The notes: a model not told the origin generated them from the sequence alone. DNA of 64,000 bases from Candidatus Babeliales bacterium (GCA_963762115.1 CAVXJH010000003.1:480001-544000), one strand, 5' to 3'; positions 9,621 to 20,462 are shown, numbered from the stretch's first letter. Numbers and translations are program-made.

Positions 9621-12527
9621 CTAAAATGGATGCCCCAGGGTCAAAAACCAGGCAAAGGACGATTCCTCAGGAACACATTTCTTCCATTTCCAGCCAATAT
9701 CAAAGCGTAAAGGACCGACAGGAGTATAATACCTGAGACCAAAACCTGTTGCCACGAGCACATGACCTTCGAAAACCTGAGTTAATGATTTTTCAACCAA
9801 CATACCAACATCCTGGAAAAGAACGCCACCCAAACTCCACAATAAAGGAAATCTACATTCAACATTCCCATTAATCATCGATTTACCTCCTTGCGGCACC
9901 AGTTTTGGCTTTCCTTTTTTGCTAAAATAAAGCCCCAAGGGTGGGCCCTGGTTGGCCTCATAACTCCTAATCGAATTTTGCCCACCCAGATAAAATCGCT
10001 CTGGGGGCATAATCGTTGAGAATTCTTGATTAAAAATATGACCAAAACGAATACGAAACCCCAAAACAAAGGGCATAATGGGGAAAAATACTGACTGTTC
10101 ACACACAATTTTTACGAAATAAGGCACTTTTTTGTTCGTCGGCACCATAGCCTTACATGAAATTGCTGTCAATGAACCTTGTGTAGGATTAACTTGATTA
10201 TCAAGATAATCAATAACAACACTCGGTTCAGTGTATAAATAGGGAATTTTTTTATCGATTAAAGCAGGCTCAAAATTTATAGCCCGTGCTAAACGAATTG
10301 ATAAATGATTTGTTTCCATAACTTCCAAGCCACCCTGCAAACCCAAATCACAGTGCAACCAAGAACGACTTAATCCCAACAAAAATCCTTGTTGAATTGC
10401 TTGATAAAGAGGCTTGTCACTTCCTATAAAAACAGGTTGTATATATTTGTTACTATATCCTTTTACCACCGTTGTAATTGGTTGCGAAAAAAGCCACGGC
10501 CGTTGATAAACCATAGAAACATTACGATAGAAACGAGTAAAATCAGTATCAATACTAATACAATCACCCGCATTAAATGGATTACGATATAAAACAGAAC
10601 CACCAAGTTTATACGTGCTGCCACTCCGAAACGTTAAATTTCTGCTGACTTGTTGAAATCCTACTCTTGTCCTTATTTCAAAAGGATCATCTTCAACTAA
10701 TTTCAAAACAACATCTTGCTCATTTGTTTCATCTAAAAAACTATAAGGATATAAATGTATTTTTTCAAAAATTCCTAACCGACGCAAATTCTGCAATGAC
10801 TTCTCTAATTTTTCTTGAGACCATACATCACCTTGGCAAAACGCCAATTCACGTTTTACATTTTCGAAAGGAAATGTTGTACTTCCTTGCACTATAATTT
10901 TGCCAAATTTTACGATCCGCTGATCACCCGTCACGGTCCATAGCACATCAACATTATTTGCATCATCGCTTAATTCGGGTTTAATTTGTGCGTGTAACAT
11001 ACCCTGTTTATGATAATATTTCTGCAGCGCCTGTCGCTGTTCTTGTAAGGTGCGCATATCAAAAGGCATTAACGATGGTATATGATCAACCATAGCCAAA
11101 AGAATTTTATTATCTATAACAATATCCTGGGCAAATTTCATTGATCGAAGAAAACGTCGCCTGCCTTCTTTTATCGTAATGTGTATTTGTGCGGCATTAT
11201 TATCTTGCAAAATGCATTCTTGCTTCGTTATTTCTGCATCCCAAAAACCTTCCTTATGATACCAAGAGATAAGTTCATAACATGCTTGTTGCATCAAATC
11301 TTCATCAAGGTAACGCGCTTTAATACACGGTTTAAAAAATGAATTCATCAAAACAACATCCATCGTTGAACCTCGTAAAATCACATTTTTTAAGGTAATT
11401 CGAGGACCTTCTTTGATTAAAAAAAATTTTCTTTGTTGTTCATGCTTCACCTCTACCTCAACAAATCTGAAGCCTTTTTTTGCATACATGCGCACAATTT
11501 CTTCACTTATTAATGATTCTGGTAATAATTCTGCTGAGCGCCCAAATGCCAAAATCGTGTCCAAAAGTTGTTGATTGGTATAAAAAATGTTTCCAAAAAA
11601 TACAAAGTTTTTTTTATGCGATAATTGAATATCAAAATGTAAATCTACTTTACCAGTGGCATAATGAACCGTCTGTTTTAAGCTAATTTTTGCATTCAAA
11701 AATCCTTTTCTTGTTAAATAGGTATGTATGCTAGAAGTTTTTTGATTTAATAGTTCTTGGGAATAATAAACTCCCTGCAATAAAAAACGAAATCGTTCAA
11801 CTATTTTTTTTTGGAGCATCAATTTTTTTTTAGCATCCGCTTGATCATCCTGATGCAATGAAAAACTTACCGCATCAATAACAAAACGTTGTCCTTTATC
11901 AAACGTTAGCACCGTTGTTACTGTTTTTGTTTTTATATCAAACTCAAAATAATCTATAACATTCCCTTGCAAAAAACCTTCGGCTTTAAAAGCATCTTTA
12001 AATTTTTTTAGTGAATGTTTGTGTTTAGTATAATTAAAAATTTCTCCCGGCTCTAAGAGATAATAATAACGATAATTTTCAATGCCATGCAACATACCAC
12101 CTAACTTCAATGCACGAAAAGTCCACATGCCACGACATTCAAAAAAAAGATGTTTTTTCCCCTGTTCATCTTCACGCACTATGATATCAATTGAAGAAAA
12201 TTTATTCTTTTTTATCAGCAATGAACATGCTCTGGTCAAAGTTTCAGGCAAGACTAATGCTCCCGATTGCAACGCGACAAGATGCGTAAATTCATGAGGA
12301 TCAACATATACATCACTATGATATTCAACTGAATGCGCTATAAAGGGACAAGGAATCTTGGCCAATAATTCCTCATATGAAATCTCATCCTGCAAAAAAT
12401 CTATAGTCACTCTTGTTTTTTTCAAATCTTTACTATCAGCAAGAGATTTGAAAAAAACAAAACAAGACAGAAGCAATAAAACATGAAAAAAGCGTATTTT
12501 GTCAGTCACTCTAATCCTACCGCACAA
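9621..12527 (-). CDS. Omp85/BamA-TamA family outer-membrane protein with POTRA repeats
   Basis: RFYLGGQNSIRSY, GFGLRYYTPVGPLRFDIG, terminal F; exact start uncertain. Confidence 0.85.
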   Translation of the reverse strand: MCGRIRVTDKIRFFHVLLLLSCFVFFKSLADSKDLKKTRVTIDFLQDEISYEELLAKIPCPFIAHSVEYHSDVYVDPHEFTHLVALQSGALVLPETLTRACSLLIKKNKFSSIDIIVREDEQGKKHLFFECRGMWTFRALKLGGMLHGIENYRYYYLLEPGEIFNYTKHKHSLKKFKDAFKAEGFLQGNVIDYFEFDIKTKTVTTVLTFDKGQRFVIDAVSFSLHQDDQADAKKKLMLQKKIVERFRFLLQGVYYSQELLNQKTSSIHTYLTRKGFLNAKISLKQTVHYATGKVDLHFDIQLSHKKNFVFFGNIFYTNQQLLDTILAFGRSAELLPESLISEEIVRMYAKKGFRFVEVEVKHEQQRKFFLIKEGPRITLKNVILRGSTMDVVLMNSFFKPCIKARYLDEDLMQQACYELISWYHKEGFWDAEITKQECILQDNNAAQIHITIKEGRRRFLRSMKFAQDIVIDNKILLAMVDHIPSLMPFDMRTLQEQRQALQKYYHKQGMLHAQIKPELSDDANNVDVLWTVTGDQRIVKFGKIIVQGSTTFPFENVKRELAFCQGDVWSQEKLEKSLQNLRRLGIFEKIHLYPYSFLDETNEQDVVLKLVEDDPFEIRTRVGFQQVSRNLTFRSGSTYKLGGSVLYRNPFNAGDCISIDTDFTRFYRNVSMVYQRPWLFSQPITTVVKGYSNKYIQPVFIGSDKPLYQAIQQGFLLGLSRSWLHCDLGLQGGLEVMETNHLSIRLARAINFEPALIDKKIPYLYTEPSVVIDYLDNQVNPTQGSLTAISCKAMVPTNKKVPYFVKIVCEQSVFFPIMPFVLGFRIRFGHIFNQEFSTIMPPERFYLGGQNSIRSYEANQGPPLGLYFSKKGKPKLVPQGGKSMINGNVECRFPLLWSLGGVLFQDVGMLVEKSLTQVFEGHVLVATGFGLRYYTPVGPLRFDIGWKWKKCVPEESSFAWFLTLGHPF

Positions 12528-12619
12528 GTACCAATTATGTAGGAGCTAGTTTACCATACATAATAAATTATGAGCAGAACACTGATTCAAAATACGCATA
12601 AATTTTTTTTTCCAAGAGT

Positions 12620-12904
12620 TCATTCAATAATTCTAAAAACACCCCTAAAATCACGATCTTTAATAAAAGGTTCTATTTCTGCTGGCGAAAGAGCTTTGTC
12701 AGCAATTTCTGCATGCAAATAATCAATAAAATCATCAATAGAATCTTTGGAACCACAAACAACAATCCTGAGATCTGCATGATCATCTTGATGCATTGTT
12801 TGCACCGTTCCCTCTAAATCTAATTCCTTTGCTTTTTCATGAATATTATGGAGCAACTTTTTTGGTAAAATTATTGAAAGAAAAATTCGAAGACACTGGA
12901 CCAT
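12620..12904 (-). CDS. Acylphosphatase-like protein
   Basis: 94 aa; AKELDLEGTVQ...VVCGSKDSIDDFIDYL...FRII pattern; canonical VQGVGFR not conserved. Confidence 0.55.
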   Translation of the reverse strand: MVQCLRIFLSIILPKKLLHNIHEKAKELDLEGTVQTMHQDDHADLRIVVCGSKDSIDDFIDYLHAEIADKALSPAEIEPFIKDRDFRGVFRIIE

Positions 12905-13099
12905 TACTATTCTCCTTTTTTTACTAGGGCCATTATACTCTCAGCAAGAAGCTAACAAATCAGTTTTCATAATGTCAAAAACTTCAAACAATCATTTTTT
13001 GCTGGACTGTCGAATATGCAGAAAGTACACTATACATAAAAATGTACAACATTTTAGAACATTCTAAACAAAACAATTTCTTCTCTTTAAGGATCAACC

Positions 13100-14545
13100 A
13101 TGAGTAAAGACTCCTCAATTCGCGTCAGATTTGCTCCCTCGCCAACAGGAATTATGCACCTAGGTAACGTTCGCACCGCCTTATTAAATTACCTTTTTGC
13201 ACGTCAAAAAAATGGCAGCTGCATTTTGCGCATTGAAGATACCGATCCTGATAGAAATTTTGATCCTAATGCCGTTCGCTTGCAGGATGATCTTGCATGG
13301 CTTGGTTTTTCTTTCGATGAAGGTCCTCAAGGTGGTCCTCATACTCCTTACTTTCAATCACAAAGATCTGATTTGTATCAAAAGCAGTTAGAAATTTTAC
13401 AAGCAAAAAATACGGTATATCGTTGCTTTTGTTCTGCACAAGAACTTGAACGCAAACGTGAACGTGCATTAGCTTTACACACGGCACCACGTTATGATCG
13501 AACCTGTTTGCATTTATCCGAAAGTGCCATTGAAGAACAATTAACAAAGGGTACCCCTTACATTTGGCGATTCAAAATCCCCGATGACCACACTGTTGAA
13601 GTCAATGATCTTGCTCATGGCATTATTAAATTTGATTTAAATCATTTTTCAGACTTTCCCGTAAGTCGCTCTGATGGATCATTTACCTTTTTGTTTGCCA
13701 ATTGTGTTGATGACATGCTTATGAATATTACCTATGTTCTGCGCGGCGAAGATCATCTTTCAAATACTGCCAACCAAGTTTTATTATTTGCTACTTTCGG
13801 CAAAAAAGCGCCGATGTTTTGGCATTTACCCATTCTTTGTAACATTGATGGTAAAAAATTATCAAAACGTGATTTCGGTTTTGCCTTAGCAGATTTAAGA
13901 AATGAAGGTTTTTTGCCCGAAGCAATTATCAATTATTTAGCAATACTTGGCGGTTCATTCACCCAAGAAATTATGGATGTACCTACCCTTATTAAAACAT
14001 TAAATTTTGATGCAATAAAACCAACACGAAACATAAAATATGATGTAGAAAAATTGCGCTGGATTAACCAAAGTTGGATTCAACGTTATGAAATTTCTGC
14101 CCTATTAGATTTGGTAAAACCAATTATTTTCAAAGCCTATCCTCAATTAGAAGAATGTACCCATGATGTTCTCTTAAATTTGTTACAAGCCGTAAAATCA
14201 GAATTGGTTACCTTGTATGATATAGTGCCAGCATTACATTTTTATTGCGTTGAACCTACGGTAACTCATGATACAATCAGTGAGCACCTTCCTGCAGAAT
14301 TACAAGAACAATTTTTTGCTTTGCTCAAAAAACATTTACCATTACTCAGCAATCATGAAACATTTCTTGCAACAACAAAAAAAGATGCACAAACACTTGG
14401 TGTTAATGCTAAGGCCTTTTTTACGATAATGCGTATTATTATTTCAGGATCAATAAAAGGACCTGCACTAAAAGACATTATCACCTTGCTGGGTGAAGAA
14501 AAAACCGCACAAAGAATTATGAAAATTGCTGAATACAATAAATAA
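13100..14545 (+). CDS. gltX: Glutamate--tRNA ligase
   Basis: RFAPSPTG.MHLG (HIGH), LRIEDTD, RGEDH, KKLSKR (KMSKS). Confidence 0.95.
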   Translation: MSKDSSIRVRFAPSPTGIMHLGNVRTALLNYLFARQKNGSCILRIEDTDPDRNFDPNAVRLQDDLAWLGFSFDEGPQGGPHTPYFQSQRSDLYQKQLEILQAKNTVYRCFCSAQELERKRERALALHTAPRYDRTCLHLSESAIEEQLTKGTPYIWRFKIPDDHTVEVNDLAHGIIKFDLNHFSDFPVSRSDGSFTFLFANCVDDMLMNITYVLRGEDHLSNTANQVLLFATFGKKAPMFWHLPILCNIDGKKLSKRDFGFALADLRNEGFLPEAIINYLAILGGSFTQEIMDVPTLIKTLNFDAIKPTRNIKYDVEKLRWINQSWIQRYEISALLDLVKPIIFKAYPQLEECTHDVLLNLLQAVKSELVTLYDIVPALHFYCVEPTVTHDTISEHLPAELQEQFFALLKKHLPLLSNHETFLATTKKDAQTLGVNAKAFFTIMRIIISGSIKGPALKDIITLLGEEKTAQRIMKIAEYNK

Positions 14546-14555
14546 GAAAAATCAT

Positions 14556-15296
14556 ATGAAAAAACACAGCTTGTTATTAACACTCATGGTTATTAATCTC
14601 CTCAATGGCATGGAAGGAAAAAAAAGAAACCGTACTACGTATGAAAATGATAATAAAAAGAACATTGTAAGAAAAAATCCATCACGGGCGTGTAAAAAAG
14701 AGAAAATTGTATGGAGCTCTGATGAAGAACAAGAAGATACATTCGATTCCAATCAAAAATATAGCGATTTAGATAAAAGTGCTTTTTCAGACTCTCCTCA
14801 TTATTCAAATGCAAAACAAAAAGAAATAATCCCAAAAATCACCGAAGATGGAAATTTTCTTATCTGTGCCTGTGGCTATCTCACCACTAAAAAACGCATG
14901 GATTTAATAGATATGCACTTAAAAACTCCACATACAGCAAAACGAAAGTGTAATCGAGGTACCTGTAAAGAAATATTCATATCTATTGGCGCTTTAACGC
15001 AACACCGGCAAAAGATGCATCCAGCCACAACAAATGACAATAGCCTTGCATGTTCATTATGTAAATTCAAAACAAAAAATCCTCAATCGCTCAAGAACCA
15101 TGAGAAAAAACCCCATGACTTAGATATAATATGTGCAACATGCGATAAACATTTTATATCTAAGGGCGCTAAAAGACAGCATGCAATACAAAAGAAACAT
15201 TATGGCAATTTACATGAATGTTCATGCGGGTATGAAACAGCGAGTAGCAAAGCCATGAAAAAACATAAAAAGCGCTATAAGAACCATTCATCTTAA
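14556..15296 (+). CDS. Secreted C2H2 zinc-finger protein (eukaryote-like)
   Basis: Signal peptide MKKHSLLLTLMVINLLNG-ME; about five C-x1-4-C...H-x4-6-H units; basic clusters. Confidence 0.75.
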   Translation: MKKHSLLLTLMVINLLNGMEGKKRNRTTYENDNKKNIVRKNPSRACKKEKIVWSSDEEQEDTFDSNQKYSDLDKSAFSDSPHYSNAKQKEIIPKITEDGNFLICACGYLTTKKRMDLIDMHLKTPHTAKRKCNRGTCKEIFISIGALTQHRQKMHPATTNDNSLACSLCKFKTKNPQSLKNHEKKPHDLDIICATCDKHFISKGAKRQHAIQKKHYGNLHECSCGYETASSKAMKKHKKRYKNHSS

Positions 15297-15544
15297 AAGA
15301 TTTCACCATTTTGTAATCGATTAGGGAGTTGTACAAAATCAGTAACAATTCCTTCTTTTTTAAAATAGTCTACAAGAGTTAAAAAGTGCGTTTCGAGAGA
15401 TTTGGGCACAAAAAATTCAAAACGAGAACTGCTTTTTTCCAAAGTACGGTCAAATGCTAAATGTTCATAGCTGCGTAAAACAGCAACTAAAAACCAGGCA
15501 TCTGATTTGCGAATGGTTGCTTGATAATAATTACAATAGGGCAT
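15293..15544 (-). CDS. Small conserved protein (DUF4911-like)
   Basis: 83 aa; LRSYEHLAFDRTL...FEFFVP pattern recalled from DUF4911. Confidence 0.55.
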   Translation of the reverse strand: MPYCNYYQATIRKSDAWFLVAVLRSYEHLAFDRTLEKSSSRFEFFVPKSLETHFLTLVDYFKKEGIVTDFVQLPNRLQNGEIF

Positions 15545-15638
15545 ATACTTTTTTTTTATGATAATTTGATGGTTACATTTTGTTTAAACTCTTTATCATT
15601 CTACTATTTTTTATTTTTTTTCATATATTTAGGAAAGT

Positions 15639-16844
15639 ATGGCTACTCATTCAACAAAAACTATTGGGGTTATTACAGCAACTATCGTCGGCATGAATGC
15701 AATGATAGGCGCAGGAATATTTAGTGTTCCCGCAGCACTTGGTGCTTATGTTGGCCCAGCAGGTCTTTTAACCTATGCTTTTGTTATCCTTGCCGTTTGG
15801 TTTATGGGAAGTTCAATGGCGCGTCTTGCGCAAATGTATCCAGAAGAAGGATCATTCTATACGTATGCTTATCAATGGGGTGGTCACACTGCCGGACTTT
15901 TAGCTGCCGGTGCTTATCTTGTTGGTCTTATTATTGCCATGGGACTTTTAATACAAATTACCGGTGATTATTTGCATGTTACCTTTCCTCAACTATCACC
16001 ATTTATATTAAGTGTTATTGCTTTACTCTTATTAATTATTCTTAACAGCGTTGGCGTTAGCCTCTCGCAAGCTGGCCAGATGATATTAATTTGTTGCACC
16101 GTGTTACCAATATTACTCACCACTATTATGTGCTTATTAAAGGGAAATAGTGCAAATTTTTCACCCTTTATGCCTTATGGGTGGACAAATGTTTTTACCG
16201 CAAGCAAGCAAGTTATTTTTGGTTTTTTTGGCTTTGAATGTGCAGCATCTTTATTTAAAGTCGTTGAGAACCCAAAAAAAAATGTTCCTCGTGCTCTTAT
16301 GTATGCTATAGCTTTAGTTGGCACTTTATACATGTTGTTTGTCGGCTCAATCATTTTTGCCGTACCTTTAGCATATTTTACCGACCCAAAAATTCCTTTA
16401 TCACAAATTTTGGGAATAATTTTTCCAGACAACCCTTGGCTATTGAAAGTAATTCACTTTTCAATTCTTTCAGCAATACTGGGAACCGTACATTCGATGA
16501 TATGGTCATCAAGTGAATTATTAGTTGCCTATTTAACAAAATTCAAAAATAAATCATTGCAACAGCTGATCAAGACAAATGCAATTAATCAACGAATTGG
16601 CGTTATAATCATTGGTACCTGCATTTTCATTACCTTTGCAACAGTAAAAAGCATGAATCTCTTTTTTAGCTTTACTGATACTTTTATTGTTTTTGCTTTC
16701 ATTATGTCCATGATTACTTTACTCAAAAACAAAGAATCTTGGTTCTCCGCACAAACAATAAAAACAGTAGCAGGCCTCGTAACCGCTTGCATTATTTTTT
16801 ATATTGCAACTAAAGGGGTTTTTATAGAATTAGGAATTTTGTAA
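15639..16844 (+). CDS. APC-family amino acid permease
   Basis: MIGAGIF, EGSFYTY, FFGFE, NPKKNVPRA; about 12 TM. Confidence 0.9.
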   Translation: MATHSTKTIGVITATIVGMNAMIGAGIFSVPAALGAYVGPAGLLTYAFVILAVWFMGSSMARLAQMYPEEGSFYTYAYQWGGHTAGLLAAGAYLVGLIIAMGLLIQITGDYLHVTFPQLSPFILSVIALLLLIILNSVGVSLSQAGQMILICCTVLPILLTTIMCLLKGNSANFSPFMPYGWTNVFTASKQVIFGFFGFECAASLFKVVENPKKNVPRALMYAIALVGTLYMLFVGSIIFAVPLAYFTDPKIPLSQILGIIFPDNPWLLKVIHFSILSAILGTVHSMIWSSSELLVAYLTKFKNKSLQQLIKTNAINQRIGVIIIGTCIFITFATVKSMNLFFSFTDTFIVFAFIMSMITLLKNKESWFSAQTIKTVAGLVTACIIFYIATKGVFIELGIL

Positions 16845-16853
16845 AATCCCTGA

Positions 16854-16883
16854 TTGACGTATCAGTGATAAAGATGCTATAAG
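16854..16883 (+). promoter_or_regulatory. Sigma70-like promoter
   Basis: TTGACG-18 bp-TATAAG with TGn extension, upstream of 16915. Confidence 0.45.
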
Positions 16884-16914
16884 ATATCAAAATTGCTATC
16901 AAGAAAGGAAAGTA

Positions 16915-18537
16915 ATGACGCGGTCAATAAAGGTATTTCTTATTGTCATCCTTACATACATATTCTTACCACAAGTAACCTATGGTATTAGTATGCTCAC
17001 CAAAAATGATCCCTATCCCATGTATAGTACGGTGTATGATCCCTATTTAACAACATGGACCCAAGAATGGTTTAAAGGTTTCAATGATGAATGCTATAAC
17101 TATGAAGGTTTTGCATTTTCAATAACACCATTCACCCAGAAAGCAAGCACTGGCAGAAATTTTGAACATCAACGCAGATTATTAGGTGACTTGCAAGGAT
17201 ATTGGAACATGCTCGGCATGCTTTATGGTCCCGATAACGTCGGTGCCACAAGTTCTGTGCCGCCAACAGCAACAAATATTACTTCATTAGTTAATACGCA
17301 GTTAGGTTTTGCAAAGCAAACTATTTTCGCAGATTTTTTTGGTGCAGGCCAACCAGCAGGTAATCCTAATACTGTTTTTTCTGAAGCAAATTCCGCAACA
17401 GCGCCTTTTATCCTCACTGATAACACTGAACAAATTGGTTTTTTTTCAGTACCAATTAAATATCGCAAAGTGGGCGTTAGAGCAGAATTTCAAGCACAAC
17501 TGTTTTGTGATTTTGGTGTTACCCTACAAATTGGTGTGAGTGAAATCAGACAAACATTCACCGGATTAGTAAACAGGGCAGCAAATCTTCCTGCAAGTAC
17601 CGGTGGCGACACAAGCGCAGGAAGTTGTCCTTTTGTTGCTTGTTGCCCAACACCTGATAGCGCCGGCCTTCTCGTTGTTCAGTCTTTTCCAAATAACTTT
17701 TGTAGAAATATTCCTCTCTTGGAAAATGGCACCTATGCCCTTTGCACTCCAGCATTACCAAATGTGGATACTTGCACAACGCCACTTACACAAATTCAAG
17801 CAGAACTCATGCAACAAGATAAAGCTGAACTCATTTTCAGACAACTCGGCCTGAAAACGTGCAATTTCGAAGAAACATCATTTGAAGATGTTCGTGTTAT
17901 TGCTTGGTGGCGGCATATTTATGATATCAATCACGATCGTTATTGTTGGCCAGAATTTTTACTCATACCCGCTGCAAGCTTTAACATCATCATCCCATCA
18001 GCGAAAAAACAAAACCGCAATCTCATACAAGCACTGCCATTTGGCAACGATGGTCACTTCTCATTTGGTTTTGATGCAGGACTTGCGCTCGACTTTGTTG
18101 AAACTATTGAGGTCGCCTTCAACGGTGGCTTAAACTATTTTAGCCCAAAAAACAAACACAACTATCGCCTTCCCACTGATACTGAACAAAGTGGCATTTT
18201 CCCCTATGCAACGAATGTTAGAGTTAAACCGGGTCTCAATTTTAACTTTAATGCAACGTTTAATGCGTATCATTTTTATGATCGCTTCACTGCTTACGCT
18301 GAATGGGTTTATGTCAAACATGAAGCGGATACAATCACTCTTAAAGTTGCTGATCCAACATTTTTACCCGACATTGCTGCATGTTTGACTAAATTTATGT
18401 CACAATTTGTTAATGCGGCCATTAATTATGATATTTCACCAAATATCACGATAGGGCTCATGGGGCAATTTCCCGTTGCACAGCGAAATGCCTATCGTTC
18501 AACAACGTATTTGGGGACCTTTAGAGCAGTGTTTTAA
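16915..18537 (+). CDS. Secreted, probable outer-membrane beta-barrel protein with Cys-rich loop
   Basis: Signal peptide; alternating-hydrophobic C-terminal strands ending YLGTFRAVF. Confidence 0.7.
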   Translation: MTRSIKVFLIVILTYIFLPQVTYGISMLTKNDPYPMYSTVYDPYLTTWTQEWFKGFNDECYNYEGFAFSITPFTQKASTGRNFEHQRRLLGDLQGYWNMLGMLYGPDNVGATSSVPPTATNITSLVNTQLGFAKQTIFADFFGAGQPAGNPNTVFSEANSATAPFILTDNTEQIGFFSVPIKYRKVGVRAEFQAQLFCDFGVTLQIGVSEIRQTFTGLVNRAANLPASTGGDTSAGSCPFVACCPTPDSAGLLVVQSFPNNFCRNIPLLENGTYALCTPALPNVDTCTTPLTQIQAELMQQDKAELIFRQLGLKTCNFEETSFEDVRVIAWWRHIYDINHDRYCWPEFLLIPAASFNIIIPSAKKQNRNLIQALPFGNDGHFSFGFDAGLALDFVETIEVAFNGGLNYFSPKNKHNYRLPTDTEQSGIFPYATNVRVKPGLNFNFNATFNAYHFYDRFTAYAEWVYVKHEADTITLKVADPTFLPDIAACLTKFMSQFVNAAINYDISPNITIGLMGQFPVAQRNAYRSTTYLGTFRAVF

Positions 18538-18619
18538 ATAGCCGCCTTCATATACTTTTTGACAAAAGGTACTAAAAACTACATTCTTTTTGATAAACAC
18601 TAGTACGTTTATTTCGTAT

Positions 18620-19180
18620 GACAGAAAACCCCAGGGTTTTAAACCTGGGGATGAATGTCATCAAATGCGCGAGCGAAGCAAAAATGTAAATTTTTGCGAA
18701 GTGAGGTTAGTTTTGTCATACTAATTGACATGACAAAGAAATATTGGCACGGAGCGCATACAACTCATAGGCATATGTATCATATAGTTTGGTTACCTAA
18801 ATATAGAAAAAAAGTATTAGAAGGCAAAGTTAAGAGCAGGTTAGAAGAACTTTTGCGAGAATGTGCGGAAATTAATGCATGGGAAATTCAAGAACTAAAT
18901 ATTCAGATAGACCATGTGCATCTTGTAATACAATTACCACCAAGTGTGAGTGTGAGCAAGGCCGTTCAATTACTCAAGGGAATTTCAAGTAAAATGCTCA
19001 GAGCTGAATTACCTGAAATAAAGAAATTTTTGTGGGGTAACGATTTTTGGGCAGATGGATATTTCTCTGAAACATTTGGACAATGTTCAGAAGAGACAAT
19101 TCTCAATTATGTTAGAAATCAATAAAAAGCTTTCATCTCGTGCTTCTAAATCCACGGCTTTTAAGCCGTGTGTTGTTTAA
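18620..19180 (+). mobile_element. IS200/IS605-family element (tnpA only)
   Basis: Left hairpin CCCCAGG-GTTTTAAA-CCTGGGG (18629-18650), right hairpin CACGGCTT-TT-AAGCCGTG (19153-19170) around a Y1 transposase; ends approximate. Confidence 0.85.
18730..19125 (+). CDS. tnpA: IS200-type HUH (Y1) transposase
   Basis: YHIVWLPKYR, DHVHL (HUH), KGISS, FWADGYF, YVRNQ; start set to ATG 18730. Confidence 0.92.
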   Translation: MTKKYWHGAHTTHRHMYHIVWLPKYRKKVLEGKVKSRLEELLRECAEINAWEIQELNIQIDHVHLVIQLPPSVSVSKAVQLLKGISSKMLRAELPEIKKFLWGNDFWADGYFSETFGQCSEETILNYVRNQ

Positions 19181-19195
19181 TAAAAAGAGTTTTAT

Positions 19196-19555
19196 ATGCA
19201 AAAAAAATTTCTAAAATATGTTTTAGCTGCAAGCATCGTAACATCTCCCATAATCACACCAACGAAATCTTTTAACGGAGAAGATGTTGGTTATGCAGCT
19301 TTTGGTGGCTTAGTTATTGGTACAATTATTAGCTGGGCCAGCACTTATCTTTATCTCAACAAGCGCTGTGAAAAAAAAATGACAGAAAACGACAAAAAAC
19401 ATCAAGCAACTCTTGACGAATTTAATGCCCGCATTGATAAGTTGAAGAAAAAATTGGCAGCAAAAAAAGAAGAAAATAATACTCGAACTCAAAAAATTAC
19501 ACCCGACAATAAAATGCACAATCTCCAATTTTACCATAAAATACAGCCAATTTAG
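19196..19555 (+). CDS. Hypothetical exported protein with TM and coiled coil
   Basis: Signal peptide, one TM, K/E-rich tail. Confidence 0.6.
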   Translation: MQKKFLKYVLAASIVTSPIITPTKSFNGEDVGYAAFGGLVIGTIISWASTYLYLNKRCEKKMTENDKKHQATLDEFNARIDKLKKKLAAKKEENNTRTQKITPDNKMHNLQFYHKIQPI

Positions 19556-19658
19556 TCACATTAAAAAAATACTATTTTGACAATAATCATTAAATCTTTA
19601 TATTTTACCGAAATAATATTTAAATTTTTAACACAAATAATTACAAGAGGAATCATCC

Positions 19659-20375
19659 ATGTCTCACGCAAAATTATCATTATTTGCATTACTTTTCTTT
19701 CTTGTTGGCAGCAGCGCTCTAATAGCAGGTAAAAACGATACGGTTTTTACAATGAAGCAAGTGCGCAAACTTATTTCGCCAACAGATGACATGGAAGAAT
19801 ATCAAGAAGAAGAAAACAATGAGACAACAACGACAGAAAAGAGAAAAATTATAAAACCCGAAGTAAAAGCAGAAAAATATAAAAAAGTATACGTTAAGCA
19901 TTTTCAAAAACAAGAATTGTATTATCCCAAATTACTTATCAAAGATGCAAAAGCTCAAGCAAAAAAAGATCCAGAAGAAATACAAACAAAGAAATTCTCT
20001 TGGGGGCGCACAAAAGCACTCATTGGCTTTGGAACCTTATGTCTCGGATTGCCAGGTTTGTGGTTCGCATACCATGAAGAAAATGTAAGACATTTTTTAC
20101 CTTTGGCACTAACAGGAGGAGGCTTATTTGTTGCCGGAGGTCTTACTGCCTATAAAGGTGCAAATCAAGTTAGAAAAAATTGGAAACCCGACAATGCTAA
20201 ACATCTTCTAGAAAGACGCCAATTGAAAAATGTTGAAGTAAAAGATTATTTTAACAAAATTTATGACAAAGATGCGCACAAGCTATTCATAGCCAGAATG
20301 AGTGTCGTTTTTAATGAAAAAGAGACGGACCAGGCTTCTCGTTGGGAGAGTGATTTTAGTTATGGCAACAAATAG
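19659..20375 (+). CDS. Hypothetical exported protein with hydrophobic hairpin
   Basis: SD AGAGG; signal peptide; two adjacent TM segments. Confidence 0.65.
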   Translation: MSHAKLSLFALLFFLVGSSALIAGKNDTVFTMKQVRKLISPTDDMEEYQEEENNETTTTEKRKIIKPEVKAEKYKKVYVKHFQKQELYYPKLLIKDAKAQAKKDPEEIQTKKFSWGRTKALIGFGTLCLGLPGLWFAYHEENVRHFLPLALTGGGLFVAGGLTAYKGANQVRKNWKPDNAKHLLERRQLKNVEVKDYFNKIYDKDAHKLFIARMSVVFNEKETDQASRWESDFSYGNK

Positions 20376-20404
20376 TAACTCTAATCATTTTTAGTATTTT
20401 ATCA

Positions 20405-20443
20405 CAAAAAGAGTGCATCTCTATTGATCAGTGCGCTCTTTTG
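20405..20443 (+). terminator. Rho-independent terminator
   Basis: AAAAGAGTGCA...TGCGCTCTTTT then T-run. Confidence 0.6.
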
Positions 20444-20462
20444 ATTTTTTGCTTGCATTTAA

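Noticed and set aside
18730..19125. tnpA as the RAYT that spreads family A or B repeats
   Set aside because: It has ordinary IS200 end hairpins and no family A or B repeats beside it; action in trans cannot be excluded
19196..19555. ORF after tnpA as TnpB or IS cargo
   Set aside because: Lies outside the right-end hairpin; no RuvC or Zn-finger motifs; has a signal peptide
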